A DNA stretch of 56,955 bases. It comes from a virus (lineage: Duplodnaviria; Caudoviricetes). Shown here piece after piece: positions 28,039-37,469 of the stretch (its first letter is position 1; every line of letters starts with the position of its first letter). A program made the translations under genes and the position numbers. Below the pieces are notes generated by a model that was given only the letters and a program-made list of their open reading frames with translations, searched no databases and was not told where the DNA came from. The stretch lies in IMG/VR virus record IMGVR_UViG_3300012948_000001, positions 1 through 56,955 of that record; one strand, written 5' to 3'.

Positions 28039-31000
28039 GGTCTACCAGGATGCCTACGTCCTCTGTGGATATGCGTCCGGGCTTTTCTCGTTGCGGTACC
28101 AATATCTACACCGTGAACATGAACAACAGTCTGATAGTGATTGTGTGTAGTACGGTGAGTAGTGTGGGTACCTCTAGTTCCACGAGTTGTATGAGTACCA
28201 GTAATCGTACCTGTCCTCAAGAAGTTCGTAAAGAGTTTCTCCATCTCTTTTGTAATAGCAGCTTGATTGTCAGTCATACCCATCATAAATGCTTTAGCTG
28301 CGGCTCTACCATATCTGCGCCATGCTTGAAGCTGGCCCATGAACTGGTCATGAGTATACTTTTTGATAAGTTCCTGCACATGTTTAAAGCTATCGAAGTA
28401 ATTTTGTAGTTGGGTTTTGTTCATTGTTGTTAGCAAATGGACGTTTGCTGCTGCACTTGGCCCCATCTGCAATAGCTGATCCAGAAGTTGGGCAGGAGCA
28501 CCTCGCTTTCTCAATTTTTCAATATCATTATTCCATGATGTAAAGGACTTGATCTGACTATTCAAGTCTCTCTGTAGATCACCTGGTCTAAGTATCTGAC
28601 CCCATTGCAATCTGTTCTGAACCGCCGCAGACTGCATATATGGGCCACTGAATAGCTGACCAAACGCCGACTGTTCTTCCTGTGCGATATTGTTATATGC
28701 ACTGACCATAGCATCAGTAGCAGTTTTAGTTTGATTAGCTACATCTTGAGCATTCTTGATCTGCTTCTTGGTCTTCGCATCATCAGCACGAATAACATCC
28801 ATGATGCCCTTAAGCTCAACGCCTGTATAGTTCGCTTTGATAGCAGCGAGGATCTTCTCATATTTGATCTGATCCTGAAGATTTTGGGGATGAAGTAGCG
28901 CAACTCTGTAAGCCTTAACCGCAAGATCAATCCATTGCTGCGCTGTCTTACCGGCTGCTTGTACCGATGCATCAAAGTATTTCATATCATGACCAGCTTT
29001 TTCAGCAGCCTTACCTGTTGTTGATACAGCATTAGCCGCTCTAGCGATAGCCGCTGCTTCTCTTTCCAATCGAGCCAATCGAGCCGCTCCACCTGTTCTT
29101 CTAAATACACCAGGCTCGTATTGTCTCTCCATCTCCAGACCAGTTATCTCTTTCACCAAGTTACGGAGACGTAGAGTTTTCTCGAAGTTGGCAGGATCTT
29201 TCTGAGCAGCACCAATGACCTTGTTCATATGGTCAGTGATCTTCTTATCTCTCGCAGTATTGCCCGTGAACGCACTATCAAATGCATTTGACCATGCATC
29301 GGCGACCTGCTGACCATTCTTTGCCATATCACCTCTGAGCAAGTCCATTTCATGCGAGAAGTGATCTTTAGCTCTTCTGGCCCATCCACCCAAGAAACCA
29401 GGCAAATGACTAAATGGTTCAACGATTCCATATGCAGCTGCTAATGCACCGATCTTTATTTCATCCCAGGCGATATTGAAGAAATGAACGATAGATTCAG
29501 CTATTGCTTTAAAGATTTTCTTAGTTCGTTCCCAATGCATTACCGTATAAGCAGCGGCAAGAGTGGCTGCTGTTATAAGGAGACTAAATCCCATAGTCAT
29601 TAGGGCTTCGCTTATAGCCATACTTTCGCCTGCTGCTCTAAAGCCAGCCTTTAGGACGGCTAGCCCTGCCAAGACCGCAGGGATGACAGTTTTAAGTCCA
29701 CCCAATGCATCGACGACGGCCATTGTTTGCTTATGCCAATGCATCATAACGAAGATAAGGCCGCCTATGACGGTAGCACTAGCTAGTCTAATAATAGTTC
29801 CAGTAAGAACAATTCCTTCCTGGCCCATGAGTCTCATTGCGATCCTACCAAGACCGAGCCACCGAACAATAGCCATGATCGGTGTAATCGAACGCATAAG
29901 AACGCCTGCGAGCACCGAAAGAGTGCCGCCTACTGTGAGGATAATCGCGCCCCAGGCTGCGTATTCCCCGATGACTCTTTTCGTATGCGGACTAAGTCTT
30001 TCGAACCATCCAATTGCTCTCTGAATTAATGCGAGAAACCTAGTCATTGCTGGCATGACGGCTCGGCCTATTTCGATACCGAGTGCCTTGAGTGAATTCA
30101 TAAAGACTGCAAACTTAACCGCAGGCTGTTTAGACAAGGCATCGAACGACTTTGCAAGCTCGTTGTTATCGTTCTTGACCTGACCCGATACGTTTAGATA
30201 TTCCTTCCATGCCTGCGTTAAGAACACAGCGACTCGTCGAGCTTGCTGAGTACCGGCCAAACCACTACCGCCAGAGCCAGCAGTTATATCCTTAAAGAAT
30301 TGAATGATACCGCCCTTGAATGTACCTTGGACAAGAGACGGAACATGTTTAGCTATGGATTCAAAAATCTGTTGTAGTGGAAGTAATCTGTGGTGTGCAT
30401 CTGTGATGTCAATACCAAATCGTTTGAATCCACCACCTGCCGCGGCTCGTTGCATTACATCCAGAACTCGTGCATAACCGATCCCGGCCTGTTGAGCGGA
30501 GTTCATGTGTCGCGTTAAGAAAGCAATCGTTCCTGCCATAGATACAAACGACTGATTGTTAGCTCTTGCCGCAGGAACGGCACTAGCTAAGGCGCCAGTG
30601 AAATCAGTAAGATGCATCTTACCGAATCGGATAGCAGCCATCGTTATATTAGCTAATCTACCTAGTGTTCCGACGCCATGACCAGCCTTAAGAGCAGACT
30701 GACCGAAGTTATTGATAATACTAATCAAAGCCTTCGTTGTAGTACCTAAATCAGTCTGACTGGCAACAGAAACTTTGTTCGCTATATCCAAGTAGCCTAA
30801 CGCCTGTTTCGTCCTATCAGATGCAGAACCAACGAGGGTAAGACCGGAGTGAAGGTTATAGATAGCTTCGAGCATATCCTTACTTGATGCAGGATATTTG
30901 TGCATCTGCTCTAAAACGCCATTCATAACCTCTTCGGTTACTTTAGGAATTTCTTTAAGACTGCTCGTAACTTGGGTAGCTGCAAGAGTGGCATCCCTCT

Positions 31001-31283
31001 GAAACTTGGCATATGAATAAGCCATTATTCCAAGTGCGGCAACAGTAGTTCCACCCGCAAACATAGCAGCTCGACCTGAATCGGTTAGTGCCCTGCCTAC
31101 AGTAGCTCTACGGGCAGGATCAGCAAATACCGCATGAGCACTACTCGCTGCTGACAACTGCTCGGAAGCTAATGCACCACTTCTACCAAGACGAGTGAAG
31201 TCCGCTTCAATTGCACGTAACTGACGGGAGGCCAGATCAATGACCCGGACTCCATATATCAAGTCTCTATATCGGAAGGCCAT
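28035..31283 (-). CDS. Tape measure protein
   Basis: 1082 aa, Ala-rich helical, hydrophobic segments; follows tail chaperones. Confidence 0.9.
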   Translation of the reverse strand: MAFRYRDLIYGVRVIDLASRQLRAIEADFTRLGRSGALASEQLSAASSAHAVFADPARRATVGRALTDSGRAAMFAGGTTVAALGIMAYSYAKFQRDATLAATQVTSSLKEIPKVTEEVMNGVLEQMHKYPASSKDMLEAIYNLHSGLTLVGSASDRTKQALGYLDIANKVSVASQTDLGTTTKALISIINNFGQSALKAGHGVGTLGRLANITMAAIRFGKMHLTDFTGALASAVPAARANNQSFVSMAGTIAFLTRHMNSAQQAGIGYARVLDVMQRAAAGGGFKRFGIDITDAHHRLLPLQQIFESIAKHVPSLVQGTFKGGIIQFFKDITAGSGGSGLAGTQQARRVAVFLTQAWKEYLNVSGQVKNDNNELAKSFDALSKQPAVKFAVFMNSLKALGIEIGRAVMPAMTRFLALIQRAIGWFERLSPHTKRVIGEYAAWGAIILTVGGTLSVLAGVLMRSITPIMAIVRWLGLGRIAMRLMGQEGIVLTGTIIRLASATVIGGLIFVMMHWHKQTMAVVDALGGLKTVIPAVLAGLAVLKAGFRAAGESMAISEALMTMGFSLLITAATLAAAYTVMHWERTKKIFKAIAESIVHFFNIAWDEIKIGALAAAYGIVEPFSHLPGFLGGWARRAKDHFSHEMDLLRGDMAKNGQQVADAWSNAFDSAFTGNTARDKKITDHMNKVIGAAQKDPANFEKTLRLRNLVKEITGLEMERQYEPGVFRRTGGAARLARLEREAAAIARAANAVSTTGKAAEKAGHDMKYFDASVQAAGKTAQQWIDLAVKAYRVALLHPQNLQDQIKYEKILAAIKANYTGVELKGIMDVIRADDAKTKKQIKNAQDVANQTKTATDAMVSAYNNIAQEEQSAFGQLFSGPYMQSAAVQNRLQWGQILRPGDLQRDLNSQIKSFTSWNNDIEKLRKRGAPAQLLDQLLQMGPSAAANVHLLTTMNKTQLQNYFDSFKHVQELIKKYTHDQFMGQLQAWRRYGRAAAKAFMMGMTDNQAAITKEMEKLFTNFLRTGTITGTHTTRGTRGTHTTHRTTHNHYQTVVHVHGVDIGTATRKARTHIHRGRRHPGRP

Positions 31284-31560
31284 CGTATTTCTCGGCTACT
31301 CGTTTTTGTGCAGCTGCTTTAGCTTCTTCATTCTTAGTCTCGGCTTCCTCGGCTCTTGCGCGAGCATCGAGTATACGTTCTATCTTTAGTAGATATGAAG
31401 CTGGCTGTGCGAATAGTCCGCCTGGAAACGGGAGTTGGTGGAATGCTTCCCCTAGACGGACTAGTCTTATCCACCTTACGACCTCAAGGGTTAACTCTCG
31501 GCCGAAGGCTCGTTCACATCGTTCGTCTTCTCCGAGGTAGATGAGACATGCCGCTTCATA
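31267..31560 (-). CDS. Tail assembly chaperone, -1 frameshift extension (gpT-like; not in ORF track)
   Basis: Open -1 frame after GGATTTT: YEAACLIYLG...HQLPFPGGLFAQP...YDGLPI*. Confidence 0.75.
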   Translation of the reverse strand, partial: YEAACLIYLGEDERCERAFGRELTLEVVRWIRLVRLGEAFHQLPFPGGLFAQPASYLLKIERILDARARAEEAETKNEEAKAAAQKRVAEKYDGLPI

Positions 31561-31964
31561 AAATCCTCAAGCGATTCCTCATCCGCCTCTTCATTTAGCT
31601 CTTCGATACGATCCTCAATCTCTTGACCCACTTTCGGATCAAGGATAGAGAGAGTCATCGGATTGTTGAAGTCGAGTTTTACTCCCTTATCATCTTCGAG
31701 ATTATGATCGACGATGCAATTAGCAAACTCAAACTGGCGAGTCCATCGAGATGCGCTTTCAAGGTCGATCTTCTGCATCATACTCTGTTGCCTATTGCGC
31801 CTAGCTGCACGATTAGGAGCTTCCTGTTCCATAGACATACGAAGTGCCTTATCGCGTCGTTCGAGCATCTGATCGAATGAAAGCTGCTTCAGTTCGACCC
31901 ATCCACCCTCAAGATTCTTTAGATCATAGTGGTGAGTCTCGGTACTAACAGTTGCTCTTGGCAT
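31491..31964 (-). CDS. Tail assembly chaperone (gpG-like)
   Basis: CAGGAG SD before MPRATVS; between tube and TMP. Confidence 0.8.
   Translation of the reverse strand: MPRATVSTETHHYDLKNLEGGWVELKQLSFDQMLERRDKALRMSMEQEAPNRAARRNRQQSMMQKIDLESASRWTRQFEFANCIVDHNLEDDKGVKLDFNNPMTLSILDPKVGQEIEDRIEELNEEADEESLEDFMKRHVSSTSEKTNDVNEPSAES
31560..31566 (-). promoter_or_regulatory. Programmed -1 frameshift slippery site G-GAT-TTT
   Basis: Near the end of the chaperone ORF with open -1 frame reaching the TMP start. Confidence 0.7.
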
Positions 31965-31989
31965 TGAAGCTCTCCTGTTTCTCTCCTGT

Positions 31990-32991
31990 TTATACAATAT
32001 TAGCCGCAGACATGCAATGAAGCTCGTAGCAATCGCCACCAGCAATTGCAAGTCCCCGACCAGTCGATGCTGCCATGATGAGATCGCCAATGTTTGCAAG
32101 GTCAACATCATAGGTTTCATACGCGAAGCGATTAAGCTGGAGTTTAGTACCATCAGTAGCGGTAGCAAATCCTACACCACCCTGAGTTGACTCCAACTTG
32201 ATAGCTTGCTGACTCGTATTGACGAAGTTGTTATACTCCGTAATGTCAAGGAAGTCCAGTTCAGCAGTAAGCGTTACATTCGTTTCATGGAACGCAATAT
32301 ACTGAGCCGACCTCTGAGACTTCAGACGGTTCTCAGCAGTTGGATTATGGTTAACCTCCAACTGCCATGTTCTATGAGCCACATCGTTGAATGGGCCTGC
32401 TCCAGAGAACGGAGTAGCAGAAGCAGCGTCGATAAAGACGTTATGCGTATCCGCACCGAGCAAATCAGGACTAGACCATGTAGGAGTAAACGGGCCTCCA
32501 CCCGTATTCTCGCCCAGGCCAAACATCGTTAGCGTACATCGAAGAACGCCATCAGTTACCTCGAACAGATATCGACCAACTACACAACCGAAGTAACCGA
32601 AAACAATATCGTTCTCGATAAACGTGATCGAAAGGGTCTTCGCACCACCCGCCACAGCGCCAGCGACAGATGCGGTTTTATTCGGGACTGCCTTATAGTG
32701 ATAAGGAGCAGCCGCACCAGTCTTAGTAATTGTATGCCGCGAGGCATAGAGGAAGTAGGGGAAGAAGTTGGAGTCAATCTCCATTACGATCTCGCCCTCG
32801 ATGTGATAGTAACCCTGCTTCACATCGGACACCATAACCTGCTGGCGCAACTGAGGACTGAAGTAACGTGCCTCGGTATACTTAAACGTTTTGCTGAGAA
32901 TAGGCACCCAAATAGATGGAACTACGTAAGTACCGCTAGTCGTCTCGATAGCGATACCCATTGCTGCCCCACCACCAAGACCAGCAGGCAT
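31990..32991 (-). CDS. Tail tube (major tail) protein
   Basis: GIAIETTSGTY N-terminus; GC.V motif; synteny. Confidence 0.8.
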   Translation of the reverse strand: MPAGLGGGAAMGIAIETTSGTYVVPSIWVPILSKTFKYTEARYFSPQLRQQVMVSDVKQGYYHIEGEIVMEIDSNFFPYFLYASRHTITKTGAAAPYHYKAVPNKTASVAGAVAGGAKTLSITFIENDIVFGYFGCVVGRYLFEVTDGVLRCTLTMFGLGENTGGGPFTPTWSSPDLLGADTHNVFIDAASATPFSGAGPFNDVAHRTWQLEVNHNPTAENRLKSQRSAQYIAFHETNVTLTAELDFLDITEYNNFVNTSQQAIKLESTQGGVGFATATDGTKLQLNRFAYETYDVDLANIGDLIMAASTGRGLAIAGGDCYELHCMSAANIV

Positions 32992-33254
32992 TATTCACTC
33001 ACCCCCTCTTCTTTTGGTTCTGCTGCTGCCGCTTCTGTAGGCTGGGACTCTTCTGATCCACCTGCTCTTCCGTCGATGAAGACGGTGGAGTCGCTTGCGA
33101 AGGCTTCATCCAGTTTCTTACCTGTTGCAGCTTCAAACGTAGCCAATTGCTCATCTGATACCTCTTCTTCCTTGCCATTCTCGAATACGCCTAAACCATC
33201 AATGGCAAGCAAATGACCCTCCGGAAAGGCCGGATTGTCAACCTTAACTTTCAT
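32991..33254 (-). CDS. Hypothetical virion-module protein
   Basis: AGGAGGGAGG SD. Confidence 0.65.
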   Translation of the reverse strand: MKVKVDNPAFPEGHLLAIDGLGVFENGKEEEVSDEQLATFEAATGKKLDEAFASDSTVFIDGRAGGSEESQPTEAAAAEPKEEGVSE

Positions 33255-33263
33255 CCTCCCTCC

Positions 33264-33752
33264 TTACGGCTTAGGGAACCTCTCCTGCGAAATACCACTC
33301 CATTCCATACGTGTTGCAACAACGGGGGACTGCGGTGGACGGCGAATGAAAGCTGGTTCTTCTGCACTTACCCATCCCTGAATGATTTGCTTCGTTGATG
33401 CATCTAATGAATCTGCCCACATCTCCATCATTGGTTGTCGGTGGAGATCGTCTCTGATAGCTCCGGCCAACTCCATATCCTCTCTAGTGCGTACTTTATG
33501 GGAGGCATTGAGGTTGGCATGATATATGAAGATTTCGAGACTGACTCTAATGATGAATGTATGGGTTGCCCAATAGTCTCGTTGCGATGGCCCTGCTTGG
33601 ACAAGGAGTGCCGGGTATTCCGGCCTGAGTTGTTCTTCTGTGTACGCGACAAAATTTAATCCAAGCTCTTCTGCATTTTCCGTGAAGTGGTTATACAGGT
33701 AGTCTACGAATTGAACTGGATCAAAGAATAGTTGTACCTGAGTTGTAGCCAT
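33264..33752 (-). CDS. Tail terminator-like protein
   Basis: YPALLV motif; synteny. Confidence 0.6.
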   Translation of the reverse strand: MATTQVQLFFDPVQFVDYLYNHFTENAEELGLNFVAYTEEQLRPEYPALLVQAGPSQRDYWATHTFIIRVSLEIFIYHANLNASHKVRTREDMELAGAIRDDLHRQPMMEMWADSLDASTKQIIQGWVSAEEPAFIRRPPQSPVVATRMEWSGISQERFPKP

Positions 33753-34348
33753 TAGTAGTAATAATGCCCAAATCTTACGCCGATTCCCGGTATCATACGG
33801 AGTGGCTGTCCCGTAGCGCGACTCACCCCACGAAGAGTTCCATCAAACCATTCATCGAAGATAGTGTCGATGGCTCTCTTAGCACGATCTGAGATAGCCA
33901 GGAACTTCCTCTGTGGAGATTTACTTTTGCCAGTCTCACCAGTTAGATTCGGTTTATCAGGCTGGTCATGGTAGACCCAGTAATCGGGCAATTTGTTTGG
34001 ATCTATCGAAACAGATCCTTCACCCAATCTTGTCGATTCAATTGTGTAGCTGCTGATTTTTGTAGCGGAATCATAAAGATCGCCTGTCCATTGCAACAAT
34101 TTCGTTTGACCTCTAGCCCGTGCTACATAACCGTATTTTTCAGACCACTGTTGCCAAGCTGTACCATCAGGGCTAGATTCTGTATCGAAATTCTCTTTCA
34201 CATCATCAGCCATAACGCGACTCGTAGCTATTAGCGGCTTCTCGAACTCTCTCAACTCCATGCCTAGCGTATCTAGCTGCTGAACCGTGACTAACGGATC
34301 GCGGCCTTTAAGCCAGCCTGCGTGAACTATGAAAGGTCTATCTGCCAC
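33752..34348 (-). CDS. Virion morphogenesis / tail completion protein (Mu gpG-like)
   Basis: NF..E.SPDGTAW, L..TGDL..S, PQRKFLAIS. Confidence 0.8.
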   Translation of the reverse strand: MADRPFIVHAGWLKGRDPLVTVQQLDTLGMELREFEKPLIATSRVMADDVKENFDTESSPDGTAWQQWSEKYGYVARARGQTKLLQWTGDLYDSATKISSYTIESTRLGEGSVSIDPNKLPDYWVYHDQPDKPNLTGETGKSKSPQRKFLAISDRAKRAIDTIFDEWFDGTLRGVSRATGQPLRMIPGIGVRFGHYYY

Positions 34349-34826
34349 CGATACCTGGGATCGAGAAGAAACGATCGTCTACTGTAAAGAATGGCCCATC
34401 ATCTGTGTTGTTAGGCCAGAAGTCATCACTGTTCAAACGCTCGCCCAGATCAAGTGGAGGCTGAACATCATACATGACAAACTGACCACTGATGACTCCA
34501 TTAAGTAGCGCGATAGCCTCATTATATTTGACCTGTGCATAGACAGGATCATCTAATGAATCTTCGGAGTAACGTTCGCGGTAAAAGAAAGCCGCGATGA
34601 GACGACCCGCAATAGCCCGAATCAACTCAGGTACATAACCTGTTGCTGTTGGATCGGATACTGTCGGGTCGTCCCATCCGGCTATCGTCGTAGACGGAAC
34701 AATGTTAGACAAGTATCCCCGAATGATGCGTTCAGCGTCGAGTTCCATCCGTTCAAAATCGGCCCACTCAGGTTCGATCTTGTCCAGGGGGAGATGAACC
34801 CTTACATCATCGAGGGTGCAGAACAT
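34338..34826 (-). CDS. Head-tail adaptor (Mu gp36/DUF1320-like)
   Basis: FCTLDDV...IIRGYL...VPELI...YNEAI..L..V.SG. Confidence 0.75.
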   Translation of the reverse strand: MFCTLDDVRVHLPLDKIEPEWADFERMELDAERIIRGYLSNIVPSTTIAGWDDPTVSDPTATGYVPELIRAIAGRLIAAFFYRERYSEDSLDDPVYAQVKYNEAIALLNGVISGQFVMYDVQPPLDLGERLNSDDFWPNNTDDGPFFTVDDRFFSIPGIGGR

Positions 34827-35287
34827 TATGCCGTCTTTGCCGAAGCTTCCGCCGCGGTACTTGCCATTACAGGACTACCTTCCCTGGCCGCCTGAGCTTC
34901 TCTTTCTACAGCATTGAACGCGAGAAGGTCATCGTTGACGGTGTATCCACCCGGACTTGCATTAATGCCTTCCCACTCATCCGCCGCTGTTGCTTTAGCC
35001 ACCAAGAAATCGCGGATGCTCTGATCCGAATCAAGTGGGTAGTCATCAGGATATGGTACAGCTCTAACCGCACCACCCAAGCATAGTGCATCAAACTCAA
35101 CTTGTGCCCTATCTGCATCATGGTTAGGGAACAACTGAGTTGCCGATACCGAATCACCCGGTTTAACATACTCATATTCGAGAGCTACACCAGTATTCGG
35201 ATCAACCTTTGCACCATACTTAATGGTTGTCCAGGCGTAGAAGCCTCCACCTTTCTTGTCTTCCTTCTTAGGCTCCTCAGTAGCCAT
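34826..35287 (-). CDS. Hypothetical head-associated protein
   Basis: TAATG coupling. Confidence 0.65.
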   Translation of the reverse strand: MATEEPKKEDKKGGGFYAWTTIKYGAKVDPNTGVALEYEYVKPGDSVSATQLFPNHDADRAQVEFDALCLGGAVRAVPYPDDYPLDSDQSIRDFLVAKATAADEWEGINASPGGYTVNDDLLAFNAVEREAQAAREGSPVMASTAAEASAKTA

Positions 35288-35379
35288 TATTCCTCTGCAC
35301 CACCCTCTTCTTCTCCACCATTACCCTCTTCCGGTGCAGGCTCAGCAGGTGCAGGCTCTTCTGATTCCCACTTAATCAT
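35287..35379 (-). CDS. Small acidic peptide, 30 aa (not in ORF track)
   Basis: TAATG coupled at both ends; MIKWESEEPAPAEPAPEEGNGGEEEGGAEE. Confidence 0.55.
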   Translation of the reverse strand: MIKWESEEPAPAEPAPEEGNGGEEEGGAEE

Positions 35380-36392
35380 TACCAGGCTCCTGAGCTAAAG
35401 GCGTTTTTGATGAGATAACCTGCGATGGATGAAGTGATCTTGAGATCGTACTTCTGTGATACACGGATGATATCGCTCTTGCGACCTTCCTCACGCCATC
35501 TATCAGTAGGTCGAGTCCCACCATTGGGATACTGCTGTGAGAACGTCTTACCAAACGTCTGCTGATTCTGCCCAGGATTAGGCTCCACAATACCTACCCA
35601 AACATCCTTGCCCCAGAACTGCTGTACGCTTGGAGTTGCAAGGTAGTTATCGGCGGCATTGTAGACCGAATCAACAAGATAAATCGTGCCCTGGAATCCG
35701 GTCAAGAGCTGGAATGCATCGTCCTGCAACAAGGTGAACGTCTTGAACCTATCAACAATACGCGGATGGTTCTCGATGAACTGCTGACCGTATCGAGGAA
35801 GAATCATCGTATTGGCAGGTACGTTACCCGTATCGACCAAAATCTTGGTCAATGCAGCACGAATATCAGCCAATGGATTCGATGCACTTGCCAAACCGTT
35901 TGCCCAATCCTGATCCCACTGTGCCGTACCAGAGAGAGTTACCGTATGACCGGCAGGATAGTTAGCGGTATTGCGAACGAGGTTAGCAACCTTCAATTCA
36001 TGACCGAGTAGAATGGATCGAGTTACCAACTCGACAGCATCACGTTCCGGCTCGATAACAGCAGCGCCACCAAAAGTAGGATCAGCGATGCCACCTTGCG
36101 ACATATACTCTTGACGCTCTTCATCGTGGATGGCAACCTGAAGAGAATGTTCTTTCGTGAAGAACGTATCCTCACTCCAGCGCCTACCACGAACTTCGTT
36201 AGCTACCGTGCCGGGTTCTCGTCTATCGAGAAAGATGATCCAGTTGGATCTATCGAATACCCGGTAACGTCCCGATGGTGTCGTTACAGGGGTGGTCGGC
36301 ATTACTCGTTCGCCGTAGAGATTTTGATCCTGGAAACCGATAGAGAATCCGGTAAGGATAGGATCAAAATAAAGTAGCCCGGGATCATACAT
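35379..36392 (-). CDS. Major capsid protein
   Basis: DPILTGFSIGF N-terminus, AGYLIKNA C-terminus, 337 aa, synteny. Confidence 0.88.
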   Translation of the reverse strand: MYDPGLLYFDPILTGFSIGFQDQNLYGERVMPTTPVTTPSGRYRVFDRSNWIIFLDRREPGTVANEVRGRRWSEDTFFTKEHSLQVAIHDEERQEYMSQGGIADPTFGGAAVIEPERDAVELVTRSILLGHELKVANLVRNTANYPAGHTVTLSGTAQWDQDWANGLASASNPLADIRAALTKILVDTGNVPANTMILPRYGQQFIENHPRIVDRFKTFTLLQDDAFQLLTGFQGTIYLVDSVYNAADNYLATPSVQQFWGKDVWVGIVEPNPGQNQQTFGKTFSQQYPNGGTRPTDRWREEGRKSDIIRVSQKYDLKITSSIAGYLIKNAFSSGAW

Positions 36393-36410
36393 CTAGTACC
36401 GTCACCCCCT

Positions 36411-36842
36411 TTACAGTTTTGAGCCGGGAAGGTCGAGTTGAACTGAACACAAACCACCATCAATACCGCTACCTCGCGCATAGCCAACTACACGAGTTCC
36501 AGTAGCGGCTACTTTCGCGTAGCCTTCTTTTCCTGCTGTTGAACTGATTGAAACAGGAGAGCCAACTGGAATAGCTCCGTCACACCAGACTTCTGCGGCT
36601 CCCATAACTGCAACCGACGCACCCTTACCGCGCTGTGCATCAGTTAGCATTCCAACGAACGGAGCTGTTGTAACTACATCGAACATTGCAACGCCAACAG
36701 GAACGGTTAGGTATAGATCATCGGCGGTAGCAATGCCCATAACCGTTTCCTCTGCATTCCACTTCACAAAGGTACGAGCCTTGATCGCTCCAGAGACATC
36801 GTAACCTTTGCTAAGAACAAAGTTCGCAGTAGCCGTACTCAT
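36411..36842 (-). CDS. Head decoration / capsid cement protein
   Basis: Between scaffold and MCP; G.A.V..G pattern. Confidence 0.7.
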   Translation of the reverse strand: MSTATANFVLSKGYDVSGAIKARTFVKWNAEETVMGIATADDLYLTVPVGVAMFDVVTTAPFVGMLTDAQRGKGASVAVMGAAEVWCDGAIPVGSPVSISSTAGKEGYAKVAATGTRVVGYARGSGIDGGLCSVQLDLPGSKL

Positions 36843-36860
36843 CTAATTCAACCCTCCTTC

Positions 36861-37469
36861 CTACGGCGTTACAGCAGCTTTGTTAGCTGCATCTCGATAT
36901 GCCTCGAACTCATCTGGGTGAGTCTGTGCTGCAATCGAGAGTGCCTCATTCCAACTCTTCTTATCCTTGGCGGCAATCTCACTTACGATTTCAGCGAAGT
37001 CCTTGCGAGCATCGTTCTCATTACTTCCCTTGAAATCCTTAGTCCTAGATGAACCGCGCTCACCAAACTCAACAATCGAGTTAGGTAGCATAGTCAGAAT
37101 TTCTCCAAGCTCATCGAGTGAAGCAGTCCGCTCGGAGAAGTTCTTAGCAAACTCTTCGATCTTATCGACCGCGAGCTGCGAATAACCCTTCTGAATCTCG
37201 ATTTCCTTATCGTCATCCTTCTCAGTTACCTTGAAGCGAGAGAATGTTTCTGCGAATCGCTTGGCGCCATTCTCTCTATCTCGCTCTTCCAACCTAGCGA
37301 GACGCTTTGCCTCTTCTGGATATTCCTCCGCGAAGGCCAACTTCTTATCGTGTTCCTCGTGAGCCTTCCTTAGCGGTTCCAATTCAGCAAAGACCTTTTT
37401 TGCTTCGGCCAATACATCAGCATCCTCGCTCAGTCCAAAGACTTTACGAAGTTCTGATTCCAGCTCCAT
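36861..37469 (-). CDS. Nested scaffold protein from internal in-frame start
   Basis: GGAGGGAGGT SD before ATG (MELESELRK). Confidence 0.65.
   Translation of the reverse strand: MELESELRKVFGLSEDADVLAEAKKVFAELEPLRKAHEEHDKKLAFAEEYPEEAKRLARLEERDRENGAKRFAETFSRFKVTEKDDDKEIEIQKGYSQLAVDKIEEFAKNFSERTASLDELGEILTMLPNSIVEFGERGSSRTKDFKGSNENDARKDFAEIVSEIAAKDKKSWNEALSIAAQTHPDEFEAYRDAANKAAVTP

Noticed and set aside
31965-32168. Long N-terminal extension of the tail chaperone
   Set aside because: Overlaps the tail tube gene; the SD supports ATG 31964.
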